Assembly (NCBI GenBank): GCA_964626705.1
Contig: CAZVGL010000004.1
Coordinates: 1 to 62,505 of the forward strand
Direction of reading: 5' to 3'
Length of the DNA stretch: 62,505 bases
Origin: an uncultured Candidatus Saccharibacteria bacterium
Lineage (GTDB): Bacteria > Patescibacteriota > Minisyncoccia > Phycocordibacterales > UBA2163
Under the pieces are notes generated by a model. The model was not told where the DNA came from. It searched no databases and saw only the letters and a program-made list of their open reading frames with translations. This document shows, one piece after another, positions 1 through 8,886 of this stretch. Positions within the stretch are counted from its first letter, which is position 1; each line of letters starts with the position of its first letter. The translations under genes and the position numbers were made by a program.

Positions 1-23
1 AGGTTCGAGCAAAGTCTATTAAA

Positions 24-165
24 AGAGCACCAAAATTAACTTCGTCCAAATCGTGAAAATTATTCGCTAAATCATTTGGCAAAAACGGATGGGAAAACGG
101 CGATTTCGTAGCGTAAGCAAAGGATAATTCAGACGGCGGGCACGCGCCGAAGTGGGCTGATTTGT
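24..165 (+). repeat. 142-bp inverted repeat, left copy (partner 1583..1724)
   Basis: Compared base by base: exact reverse complement of 1583..1724; begins with the tRNA 3' end AGAGCACCA. Confidence 0.95.
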
Positions 166-189
166 TAGTTTCATATCAAAAAACTATAT

Positions 190-1779
190 ATGAGTATCAA
201 ACCAAAATATTTTCTTTATGCTCGCAAGAGTACGGAGGATGATAATAAGCAGATTATGAGTATTGAAGCGCAGCTATTTGAATTGCGAGAGTTTGCTCGC
301 AAAGAAAATCTTGAAATTCTTGAGGAATTTCAAGAGTCGAAAAGCGCAAAGACACCCGGTCGCTTAGTGTTTGGTGAAATGATGGCAAAAGTTGAGGAAA
401 TGGGTAATGTTGGTATTTTAGCGTGGCATCCAGACCGTCTTGCGCGTAATAGTGTAGACGGCGGGAGAATAATCTATGCAGTGGATCAGAGAAATATTGT
501 GTCTTTACGCTTTCCGACATTTTGGTTTGAACCGACACCGCAGGGGTTATTTATGTTGCAAGTGGCGTTTGGTCAATCTAAGTATTATTCGGATAATCTC
601 GTGCAGAATATAAAGCGGGGGATGCGCCAAAAAGTTCGTCGGGGAGAGTGGCTTGGTTTTGCTCCTCCAGGGTATATTAATAATCCGCGCACTCGGAATA
701 TCGAACCTCATCCAACTCATTCGCGTATTATCAAGAGAGCTTTTGAGGAATATGCAAAAGGCAAGCACACACTTATTTCCTTGGCGAACTTTTTGGCGGA
801 ACATGGCATGAGCACAAGGGAGAACACGCCACTTGCCAAATGTTCCATCAAAATCATACTGACAAACAAGGCGTATTTAGGGTTTGTAAAATATCATGGA
901 GAATTGTTTGAAGGAACATTTGCGCCAATTATTACCCCGAAATTATTTGAAGCCGTGCAGAAAGTTCTCGCAACAAGAGGAAAACCGCGTAAATCTAAAG
1001 TGGGGCATAATTTTCCTTTCGTTGGACTTTTTTGTTGTGTAGAGTGTGGGAGTATGATTACTGCTCAATGGGCAACTAATCGTTTTGGCACAAAATATAG
1101 ATATTATCGTTGCACAAAAAAGAAAGGAAAATGCTCCCAAGGATATTTACGCGAGGATAGGCTTGTCGCTCAAATACAGGAACGGCTTCAAAAAATTTCT
1201 CTTTGCGATGAGAGTATTGATAAGATGCTCAAGCAAGTTGATAAATGGGAAAAAGAAAACAATCTCTCATCGCAAACTTGCGTTCAAAATCTTGCTGATA
1301 AAATCAAAGTGAGTGAAGATCGCTTAGAAAAGTTAGTCAGTTCATATTTAGATGGTGATATACCGAAAGAGATTTATATACAAAAGAAAGAGGGGAATAT
1401 GCGCTCCACACTCGCTTTGAAACAGAAACAGAAAGATTTGGAACGCAAGGGTAACAATTGGGTCGAACCCCTGCGGAATTGGATTTTAGATATGAAACTA
1501 GCCAATTTTTTATCCTCATCCACAGATTTTCACGAAATCAGCTCCTTCGTCAAAAAAGTTGGAACGAACCCTACGGTTCGTGACAAATCAGCCCACTTCG
1601 GCGCGTGCCCGCCGTCTGAATTATCCTTTGCTTACGCTACGAAATCGCCGTTTTCCCATCCGTTTTTGCCAAATGATTTAGCGAATAATTTTCACGATTT
1701 GGACGAAGTTAATTTTGGTGCTCTCAGTAGGAATCGAACCTACATCGCATCTTCCGCAAAGATGTATTCTATCCGTTGA
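190..1779 (+). CDS. Large serine recombinase (resolvase + recombinase + Zn-ribbon + coiled coil)
   Basis: YARKS catalytic motif, DRLARN, CxxC (CVEC), YYRC; C-terminal tail is encoded by the inverted repeat and antisense tRNA. Confidence 0.92.
   Translation: MSIKPKYFLYARKSTEDDNKQIMSIEAQLFELREFARKENLEILEEFQESKSAKTPGRLVFGEMMAKVEEMGNVGILAWHPDRLARNSVDGGRIIYAVDQRNIVSLRFPTFWFEPTPQGLFMLQVAFGQSKYYSDNLVQNIKRGMRQKVRRGEWLGFAPPGYINNPRTRNIEPHPTHSRIIKRAFEEYAKGKHTLISLANFLAEHGMSTRENTPLAKCSIKIILTNKAYLGFVKYHGELFEGTFAPIITPKLFEAVQKVLATRGKPRKSKVGHNFPFVGLFCCVECGSMITAQWATNRFGTKYRYYRCTKKKGKCSQGYLREDRLVAQIQERLQKISLCDESIDKMLKQVDKWEKENNLSSQTCVQNLADKIKVSEDRLEKLVSSYLDGDIPKEIYIQKKEGNMRSTLALKQKQKDLERKGNNWVEPLRNWILDMKLANFLSSSTDFHEISSFVKKVGTNPTVRDKSAHFGACPPSELSFAYATKSPFSHPFLPNDLANNFHDLDEVNFGALSRNRTYIASSAKMYSIR
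1583..1724 (-). repeat. 142-bp inverted repeat, right copy
   Basis: Reverse complement of 24..165; overlaps the last 9 nt of tRNA-Arg. Confidence 0.95.
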
Positions 1780-1790
1780 ACTATGAGAGC
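1716..1790 (-). tRNA. tRNA-Arg(GCG), CCA encoded
   Basis: Cloverleaf GCTCTCA...TGAGAGC-ACCA; anticodon arm CATCT-TTGCGGA-AGATG; T-loop TTCGATT. Confidence 0.93.
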
Positions 1791-1855
1791 GTTTCCTAAA
1801 GATACCAAGGACTGTCCTTTGTTGCAACAAATGAGTGTATGATAAAATAAAGAGT

Positions 1856-2806
1856 ATGAGCAAGCATAAAGACATACTTTTTATTATCCCATTTATATTG
1901 ATCGTCATATTTGGCGGAGCATTAACATTTTTTTCTTTTAATGCTTCATACGAGAAGTTAAGAGCTGTAACTGTGGACGACATATCACGCAGTGTTGACG
2001 ACTTACCTCCACAGATTAATAGGGATTATTCAAAGCATGTGTCTGTCGACCTTGAAGCAGTTGCTGTGGTGGCAGAATTTGACGACGGTAAGACTTACGA
2101 GTATTGGACTTTTAATAAGCAGGTCCCAGGGCCTTTTATACGTGTGAGAGAGGGTGACACAGTGGAAATAACACTTACTCATTTGCGTAAGGTATTTATA
2201 AAACAAAACAGTTCTCATAGTCATGGGCCTAGTGATATAGAACGTATTCGCGCAATAAAGACTGATGGTGCTGAAGAGTTGGACCGTTTTGAATATTCTA
2301 TCGATTTACAGTCGGTACTTGGTCCTGCCGGAGCAGACTTGATGAAAGTTGGTCTTGGAGAAACAAAGTCATTTGAATTTAAAGCTACAAGCCCTGGTCT
2401 GTATATGTACACTGGTGGTGGCTCTAACGCATCTACCTACATCGCAAGGGGAATGTACGGATTAATACTGGTTGAGCCTATAAATGGACTCTCTCGGGCA
2501 GATAAAGAGTACTATGTTACAGAAGGTGAGATATATACAGACAAAGGTGTTGGAAAAATAGGCTTTCATAAAATAGATGAAAAAAAGCTTTCAGCGAAGA
2601 CTCCAAGCTATACTATATTTAACGGGCGTGTCGATGCATTAGAAGGGGACGGCGTACCTGTTGCTGATACGGGAGATGTTGTAAGGATATTTTTTGGAAA
2701 TAGTGGGCAAAATACTTCAAGTTTAAATATAATTGCTAATATAAACTTACAGTCAACATCTGTTCCTACTAGAGAGGCGGTTATGATCGAGATTGTGTCA
2801 CAGTAG
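1856..2806 (+). CDS. Membrane-anchored NirK-like cupredoxin lacking most copper ligands; second domain truncated (alternative GTG start 1835)
   Basis: YWTFN..VPGPFIRVREGD, PGLYMY and GMYGLILVEP match copper nitrite reductase; HNIDFH reads YSIDLQ and YHC reads YTG. Confidence 0.8.
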   Translation: MSKHKDILFIIPFILIVIFGGALTFFSFNASYEKLRAVTVDDISRSVDDLPPQINRDYSKHVSVDLEAVAVVAEFDDGKTYEYWTFNKQVPGPFIRVREGDTVEITLTHLRKVFIKQNSSHSHGPSDIERIRAIKTDGAEELDRFEYSIDLQSVLGPAGADLMKVGLGETKSFEFKATSPGLYMYTGGGSNASTYIARGMYGLILVEPINGLSRADKEYYVTEGEIYTDKGVGKIGFHKIDEKKLSAKTPSYTIFNGRVDALEGDGVPVADTGDVVRIFFGNSGQNTSSLNIIANINLQSTSVPTREAVMIEIVSQ

Positions 2807-2899
2807 GATAACTTTGTTGCTTGAGTCTATAGCAATGTGAGATAATCTGTGTAACATTGTGGTCGAGAGTTGTCGTTGTTTAATTTATTAAATTATATT

Positions 2900-3355
2900 A
2901 TGAATAATATTTCAAAATTAAGATCAATCGTACTTGCTGTCATCGTTATCGACCTGATCTTAGTATTCCCAGTGATGCTTTCTTACGAGAAAGTGGGTGT
3001 ATTCTTTAAGGTAAGTTCAAACGGAATACCAGAAGTATTTGTAACTCTGCTTGTAGAGATCATCCTTCTTGCCGTCACAGCTTTGGTGGCGTATTTGGTT
3101 GCACGTATATTTAGAGGAACTCCATTTGCTTCTGCTCTTTATTTTATAGCATGGGGAGTACTTCTTTACGGAGTTGGAGACTCGCATATCCTTATCTGGA
3201 TGTATACAGGAGTGGAGTCATTCCCTGCGTTTCTAGGGCCTGCCGGTTCGTCAATAGCTCACGCTCTTGGTGTAGGGTTAGGGTTTATCTTAGTGATCTT
3301 GGGTCTATACAAACTTGCAAAAGCTCGTAGTAAAATAGGAGGTGGGTCAATTTAA
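2900..3355 (+). CDS. Hypothetical ~4-TM membrane protein with two intramembrane His
   Basis: Hydrophobic segments; GDSH and IAHA; ATG at 2900 preferred over 2870. Confidence 0.75.
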   Translation: MNNISKLRSIVLAVIVIDLILVFPVMLSYEKVGVFFKVSSNGIPEVFVTLLVEIILLAVTALVAYLVARIFRGTPFASALYFIAWGVLLYGVGDSHILIWMYTGVESFPAFLGPAGSSIAHALGVGLGFILVILGLYKLAKARSKIGGGSI

Positions 3356-3453
3356 TCCATTTTCAATCTTGTACTATATTCAAAACACACAACGATATGT
3401 TGTGTGTTTTGTTTAATAGAAAGTTTTTTTATGTTAAGTTTAATATAAGTTTT

Positions 3454-4695
3454 ATGAAAACTGTAAAAGAAAATATTTATTTGATTATAGCAGGAGTGTT
3501 CGCATTTGGGATTATAAATGCAGCATTGTTTTATTCATACACGGATAAGTTTTCGAGTATAGCATACGTAACATTTCTTATAGCACCCCTTCTAATTGCT
3601 GTGGTTGTCGTATTTACTAAGTTTTCATTTTTATTTACATCAAGGATCTCTGAACAAGAAGACGAGAAGAAACTGTTGCGTGAACGACAGAAAGAAATAG
3701 TAGAAAACATGATAGAAGGGCTTGTGGTGCACGACAAAGTAGGTAAAATACTTTCGGTTAATAGTATGGCAGAAAAGTTCTTAGGTATCCCTATATCGGA
3801 GCTTATTTATAAGAAGAATTCAGAGATAACAAAAAGATCGTCACTTCTCGATGCTTTGTTTAAGAAGTTTAATAAAGGAGATAGTCAGGAACATTCATTT
3901 AAAGATAAGCGTGGTAAAGAATATGTGTTTAAGATAATAAGTGTAGAGCTTAATAAAAAGCGTGGAGAGGTTCTAAAAATAATAAGAGATATTTCGAGAG
4001 AAAAACATTTGGATAAGATGAAGTCTGAGTATATTACTATTATGTCTCATAAGTTTTTGACACCACTTAACGGTATTAAGTGGACAGCACCTAGCTTGTT
4101 AGATAAGGCTATAAAAGAAGATGACAAAGAAAGGTTTGTAAAAAACATAATAGAAAGCACAGATAATCTAATAAATCTGACCTCACTGCTACTTAGGGTT
4201 ACAGAGATGGAGGAAGGGAACTTCGTGTATAAATTAGGACCAGTTGATATAAAGTCAATTGTTGAGAATGCTGTTAAAGATAGAGGTGACGATGTAAAGA
4301 AGAGGAAGATATCGATGATGTTTCATAAACCAGGAGTTTTGATGCCAAATGTTATTGCAGATAGGGATAGGGTAAAAGTTGTCGTCGATAATCTTATAGA
4401 CAATGCGATAAAGTATACCTTAGATGGTGGTAATATAGAGATCTCTTTAAAAGAAGAGGGTGGTAATGTTCGGTTTAGTGTTAAAGACGATGGTATCGGT
4501 ATATCAAAGAAGGCTCAGTCAGATATATTTTCAAAATTCATCAGGGACGATAGAGCTATAGCAATGCATACAGAAGGTTCTGGACTGGGGCTTTTCATAT
4601 CAAAAAATATAATAGAAGAACTTAAAGGTAAGATTGGCTTTACTAGTTCTGAGGAAGGAGGTTCAACGTTTTTCTTCACACTACCAAGAAAATAA
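3454..4695 (+). CDS. Sensor histidine kinase (2 TM, PAS, HisKA, HATPase)
   Basis: H-box SHKFLTP, N-box NLIDNAIKYT, G boxes DDGIGI and GSGLGL. Confidence 0.93.
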   Translation: MKTVKENIYLIIAGVFAFGIINAALFYSYTDKFSSIAYVTFLIAPLLIAVVVVFTKFSFLFTSRISEQEDEKKLLRERQKEIVENMIEGLVVHDKVGKILSVNSMAEKFLGIPISELIYKKNSEITKRSSLLDALFKKFNKGDSQEHSFKDKRGKEYVFKIISVELNKKRGEVLKIIRDISREKHLDKMKSEYITIMSHKFLTPLNGIKWTAPSLLDKAIKEDDKERFVKNIIESTDNLINLTSLLLRVTEMEEGNFVYKLGPVDIKSIVENAVKDRGDDVKKRKISMMFHKPGVLMPNVIADRDRVKVVVDNLIDNAIKYTLDGGNIEISLKEEGGNVRFSVKDDGIGISKKAQSDIFSKFIRDDRAIAMHTEGSGLGLFISKNIIEELKGKIGFTSSEEGGSTFFFTLPRK

Positions 4696-4696
4696 T

Positions 4697-4734
4697 AAAA
4701 AACTTCTCAGATGATGTTATCTGGGAAGTTTTTT
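4697..4734. terminator. Bidirectional intrinsic terminator between convergent kinase and response regulator
   Basis: Hairpin AAAAAACTTCTCAGAT..ATCTGGGAAGTTTTTT. Confidence 0.7.
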
Positions 4735-4738
4735 GTTT

Positions 4739-5122
4739 TTATTCAGAGATCATTTTGTCTTTTTCTGATAAAAGTATCTTTATCTTTTGTATAATCTCTT
4801 GAGGTGTGCTTTGGGCTTTTATTATGTAGTCTTTTACTCCAAAAGACTTAGCTGTGTCTGCACTCTCTTGGTCGTATAGGTTTGATAAAACAACTATGGG
4901 TGTCATATTGTTTTCAGCTCTAAGCTCTTTTAGGAGCTCAAGTCCGTGTAGTTTGGGTAAGATAAGGTCTAGGAGTACAATGTCAAAATTCCCCTTCCTT
5001 ATCTTTTCTAGACCCGCTTCTCCGTCAGTAGCTATTTCAATATTAAAACCTTCTTGTGTGCCTGCTACAGAAAGCATTTCAAGAAGAAAATTATCATCTT
5101 CTATTATAAGTATTTTAGACAT
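4739..5122 (-). CDS. Single-domain response regulator (receiver)
   Basis: ILIIEDD, DIVLLDLILP, VLSNL, YIIK. Confidence 0.93.
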   Translation of the reverse strand: MSKILIIEDDNFLLEMLSVAGTQEGFNIEIATDGEAGLEKIRKGNFDIVLLDLILPKLHGLELLKELRAENNMTPIVVLSNLYDQESADTAKSFGVKDYIIKAQSTPQEIIQKIKILLSEKDKMISE

Positions 5123-5181
5123 AGTTTAATTGTAATTTATTTTTGATTAGATGACAATAAGAAATTGTATTTCAAATAGGG

Positions 5182-5646
5182 CTAAAATCCAAAGAACTCT
5201 ACTATTTTTTGAGCTAAAGATTCGCTGTCTTCCTCCTCATCAAGATAGTTTATAAGAAAATCATGCACATCTGAAGCTGATGTGTCACCTAGAGGTATTA
5301 CTGTGTGTGGAGCGAGTAGTTTTTTAGATTTTATTAAAAGTTTTGGTTCTATGTATTCATTGCTATCCTCTACCCAAAACGATTCGAGTGTTGTAAAAGG
5401 ATGTAGTTTTTTGTCTATTATTATTCCGCGGTTATTGATCTTAAAACTTATAACATTTGGTCTTTTGATAGAATTAATGCCAAGTGTAAATGCTCCTATT
5501 AAGATAACTATTGCAAATAACATATTGCTAAAAATAATAGAGGTTGCAGCAGCTGCTACAGCAATAATACCAAGCGCCCAAAACCAATCAGGGCTTTTGT
5601 GTACGTATTCATATTCAAGAGTTTCCCACTCAAACTGCTGTATCAT
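5182..5646 (-). CDS. Conserved CPR membrane protein (DUF5673-like)
   Basis: W..LEYEY..KSPDWFW N-terminus, 2 TM; start re-assigned to the ATG at 5646. Confidence 0.7.
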   Translation of the reverse strand: MIQQFEWETLEYEYVHKSPDWFWALGIIAVAAAATSIIFSNMLFAIVILIGAFTLGINSIKRPNVISFKINNRGIIIDKKLHPFTTLESFWVEDSNEYIEPKLLIKSKKLLAPHTVIPLGDTSASDVHDFLINYLDEEEDSESLAQKIVEFFGF

Positions 5647-5810
5647 ATGTTTATTATAAATGATTGAGTTAGTAACGCAATGATTTTTTTTGGAAGGTTG
5701 AGGATTGTTTTTGTTACGTAACATGCTACGTAACACCGCGACAATCTCAATAGGACTTGTTTATAGCAAGAATTTAGCTTAGTATAATGAAATAGTAATA
5801 ATTGAATATT

Positions 5811-5898
5811 GGAGAGGTGGCTCGAGTGGTTGAAGGCGGCTGTCTTGAAAACAGCTAAGGGGGAGACTCCTTCGAGGGTTCGAATCCCTCCCTCTCCG
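5811..5898 (+). tRNA. tRNA-Ser(TGA)
   Basis: GGAGAGG acceptor, GCTGT-CTTGAAA-ACAGC, long variable arm, GGTTCGAATCC. Confidence 0.95.
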
Positions 5899-6089
5899 CA
5901 AAGTGAAAAATCTGTGTACTGATAAGTACATGGATTTTTTACTTCTTCGCGAGACGGTAGCGGGATTCGAAAGCCGCAAAAAACATGCTGGGAGCATGTT
6001 TTTGAGGCGTGGTCGAGAACACTTAGTATTTTATAAGGTACAAAATAAAATACTTAGTGATTCGTGACCGAATCCCTCCCTCTCCGCCA
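5881..6089 (+). mobile_element. Small structured insert bounded by a direct repeat of the tRNA-Ser 3' end
   Basis: CGAATCCCTCCCTCTCCGC at 5881..5899 and 6069..6087; three hairpins in between; only the second copy ends in CCA. Confidence 0.6.
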
Positions 6090-6191
6090 ATTTGTAGTAT
6101 AATTATATTATGAAAGAAACTACACAAATAGTCGTAATGATACTTTTTGTATTATTGATTGCATTTATATTGTTCGCATTATTCTTATAAG

Positions 6192-6599
6192 ATGAATTTG
6201 GAAAGAACCTTAGGTGTTGATTTCGGCACAAAAAAGATAGGTATTGCGATCTCAGATGAGGGTGGCAACTTTGCCTTTCCTAAGGTTGTTCTAAAGAATG
6301 ACAAAGATCTAATACAAAGCTTTAAGAAGATCCTCGAAGAGGAAAATATTGCAGAGGTGGTGATAGGTGAGTCTGTAAACTATAAAGGAGAAGAGAACCC
6401 TGTCATGAAGGGTATTAGAGACTTTATAGAAAAAATAAAAGGATTTTCCAATGTATTGATAACACTTGAGCCAGAGTTCTTAACATCTTCACAGGTAAGA
6501 AACACTCAAGGTGATAGTGACCTGATAGATGCATCAGCCGCAGCACTTATACTCCAAAGTTTTTTGGATAAAAAAAGTAATCAAAACGGTTTTAAATAA
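6192..6599 (+). CDS. ruvX: YqgF/RuvX family RNase H-fold nuclease
   Basis: LGVDFGTKKIGIAISD, EFLTS, DASAAALILQSFL. Confidence 0.9.
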   Translation: MNLERTLGVDFGTKKIGIAISDEGGNFAFPKVVLKNDKDLIQSFKKILEEENIAEVVIGESVNYKGEENPVMKGIRDFIEKIKGFSNVLITLEPEFLTSSQVRNTQGDSDLIDASAAALILQSFLDKKSNQNGFK

Positions 6600-6602
6600 A
6601 AA

Positions 6603-7205
6603 ATGAAAAACTATCTAAGAAAAATAAAGATAAATATGCGTGACTGGATGGTTAAACATGCTGGAGGTATCCATGCGAGAAGATGGTTGTCTTTTTTTTC
6701 ATTTGCAGAAGCTTCTTTCTTTCCTATACCTCCTGATTTTATACTTATCGCAATCTTAGGTGCAAAGCAGCAGAAAAACTGGTTTTATTATTCAATGCTC
6801 ACAGCTCTGTGGTCTGTTTTGGGTGGAGCTCTTGGGTATGCTATAGGGTTTCTTCTTTTTGATAGTGTGGGGCAGTGGCTTGTAACAACATACAACCTCC
6901 AAGACCACATGATTACTGTAAAAGAGCTTTTTGACCAGAATGCATTTTGGGCTATCTTTATATCTGGCTTTACACCTATTCCTTATAAGATATTTACTAT
7001 TTCTGCAGGGTTTTTTAGTATTAACTTCTTTACGTTTATTGTGGCCTCAATCATTTCTCGTTTCTTACGCTTCTTTATAGTCGGTTATATAATGAAAGTC
7101 TTTGGAAAAGAGATGAGTAAGTTTGCATTTAAATATTTTAATATTCTAACTATTGTTTTTGCAGTAGGAATTATCGTTTTTGTTGTAGCAATAAAAATCT
7201 ATTGA
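6603..7205 (+). CDS. YqaA/DedA (VTT domain) membrane protein
   Basis: SFAEASFFPIPPD, GFTPIPYKIFTI. Confidence 0.88.
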   Translation: MKNYLRKIKINMRDWMVKHAGGIHARRWLSFFSFAEASFFPIPPDFILIAILGAKQQKNWFYYSMLTALWSVLGGALGYAIGFLLFDSVGQWLVTTYNLQDHMITVKELFDQNAFWAIFISGFTPIPYKIFTISAGFFSINFFTFIVASIISRFLRFFIVGYIMKVFGKEMSKFAFKYFNILTIVFAVGIIVFVVAIKIY

Positions 7206-7220
7206 GATATAATATAGTTA

Positions 7221-8321
7221 ATGAATCCTGTAGAAAATAAAAGTTTTTTTAAAAGATTTTTTCCTGTCCCTAAGATTTTATCTACACCTACTGTTGGTGT
7301 GGATATCTCTGATAACTCAATACGTTTTTTGAAATTTAATGCTACGTCTGGTAACGCTACACTAGAGAAATTTGGGGTGTATTCTATACCGGAGGGTGTT
7401 ATATCAAAAGGGGAGATAAAGAATACAAAAGCATTGTCAGATGTATTAAGGAAATTTAAAGAAGATCATAAAATAAACTTCGTTAGGGCATCTCTCCCAG
7501 AAGAAAAGGTTTATCTGTTTGAGACACAAATACCTGACGATGTGCCAGACAAAGATATTAGAAATATTGTTGAGTTTAAGCTTGAAGATCATGTTCCTAT
7601 ATCTCCTAAAAATGCAGTGTTTGACTATAGTGTGATACCTAATCATGATAGTCATAAGGGGCATACCGACATTATTGTCGCTGTATATCCTAAGCAGATC
7701 GTCGAGCAATACACCAGTGCTTTTGAGGATGCTGGGTTCACTGTTTTGTCTTTTGAAACTGAAGCTCAGGCTATTGCCCGAGCTATTATAAAAGAAAAAG
7801 ACGATGGAACATATATGGTAGTAGACTTTGGAAAAACAAAAACCGGTATTTCTATAGTAAGAAGCGGTATATTGAGTTTTACATCAACTATTGAGATTGA
7901 GCAAAAAAGTATGACAGAAGCGATGATGAAACACCTTTCTGTGTCAGAAGGAGAGGTTAGTCGTGTAAAAGATGAACAAGGACTTATAAAGACAAGAGGT
8001 AATAAAGAGCTGTTCTCAGTTCTTATGAAAGTAGCAGAGTCTTTAGAATATAATATTGATAAGCATTACAAATACTGGAAATCCAAAGTAAATGAAAAGG
8101 GGGATCGTGTAAAACCGATTGAGAAAATTATTCTGTGTGGCGGTAATTCAAATTTGGCTGGATTGCCTGAATATCTTTCATCAAGTCTTAAGATACCGGT
8201 TGAGCGAGCTGATGTGTGGATAAATGCACCTGAGTTTGGTGACAGTGTTCCTGAGATTAGTAAGACTGAGTCACTTTCTTATGCAGCATCTGTCGGACTT
8301 GCACTGCGCGACACAAATTAA
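7221..8321 (+). CDS. pilM: Type IV pilus assembly protein PilM
   Basis: Actin-like fold motifs VGVDISD, VVDFG..KT, ILCGGNSNLAGL; A.VGLALR C-terminus. Confidence 0.88.
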   Translation: MNPVENKSFFKRFFPVPKILSTPTVGVDISDNSIRFLKFNATSGNATLEKFGVYSIPEGVISKGEIKNTKALSDVLRKFKEDHKINFVRASLPEEKVYLFETQIPDDVPDKDIRNIVEFKLEDHVPISPKNAVFDYSVIPNHDSHKGHTDIIVAVYPKQIVEQYTSAFEDAGFTVLSFETEAQAIARAIIKEKDDGTYMVVDFGKTKTGISIVRSGILSFTSTIEIEQKSMTEAMMKHLSVSEGEVSRVKDEQGLIKTRGNKELFSVLMKVAESLEYNIDKHYKYWKSKVNEKGDRVKPIEKIILCGGNSNLAGLPEYLSSSLKIPVERADVWINAPEFGDSVPEISKTESLSYAASVGLALRDTN

Positions 8322-8340
8322 GTGATTTAAATAAATATAC

Positions 8341-8880
8341 ATGCGAAACATTTTATTACAAGAAAATAAAAACAGACTTTTTAAAGAGCATAAGCTTCGC
8401 GTCTTGTTGTTGGTGTTGATATTTATATTTTTTACATTAATAATCGCACTATTGTTTCTATCTCCTTCGTATCTTGCTTCTAGATATAAAGAATCCAATA
8501 CATTAGAGTATGCCAATGTGTTAAAGAGATCTGTTGAAATACAGGAAAAGAATATTTTAGGACTAACGTTAAATGATACAAAAACAAAACTACAACTCCT
8601 TTCTGGTGACAAAGATGATGTTTCTTTTGTAGATATTGTAAGGGTAATAATTAAAAACAAATCAGATGATATAAAAATAGATAGTTTCTTGTATACAAAA
8701 GACAGTAAAGATGGGGATCAGGTTCTTGTAACTGGGATAGCTTCGGACAGAAGTGTATTGCTGCAATTTCAGAAAGATTTAAAAAATGAAGTACTGTTTT
8801 CAGATATTATCCTTCCGACGTCCAACCTTGCTTCGGATAGAAATATAGAGTTTTCAATAAGAGCAATTAATAAACTTTAG
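8341..8880 (+). CDS. PilN-like protein
   Basis: N-terminal TM and ferredoxin-like C-terminus; directly after pilM. Confidence 0.65.
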   Translation: MRNILLQENKNRLFKEHKLRVLLLVLIFIFFTLIIALLFLSPSYLASRYKESNTLEYANVLKRSVEIQEKNILGLTLNDTKTKLQLLSGDKDDVSFVDIVRVIIKNKSDDIKIDSFLYTKDSKDGDQVLVTGIASDRSVLLQFQKDLKNEVLFSDIILPTSNLASDRNIEFSIRAINKL

Positions 8881-8886
8881 AAATAT

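Noticed and set aside
1678-1983. ORFs overlapping tRNAs (1678..1983, 5779..5997, and N-terminal extensions at 11545 and 12185)
   Set aside because: They read through tRNA genes; downstream ATGs give normal proteins.
1856-2806. Functional nitrite reductase / denitrification
   Set aside because: Type-1 and type-2 copper ligands are substituted and the second domain is truncated.
190-5122. Prophage or large genomic island starting at the recombinase
   Set aside because: No phage structural, replication or conjugation genes; the repeats enclose only the recombinase.
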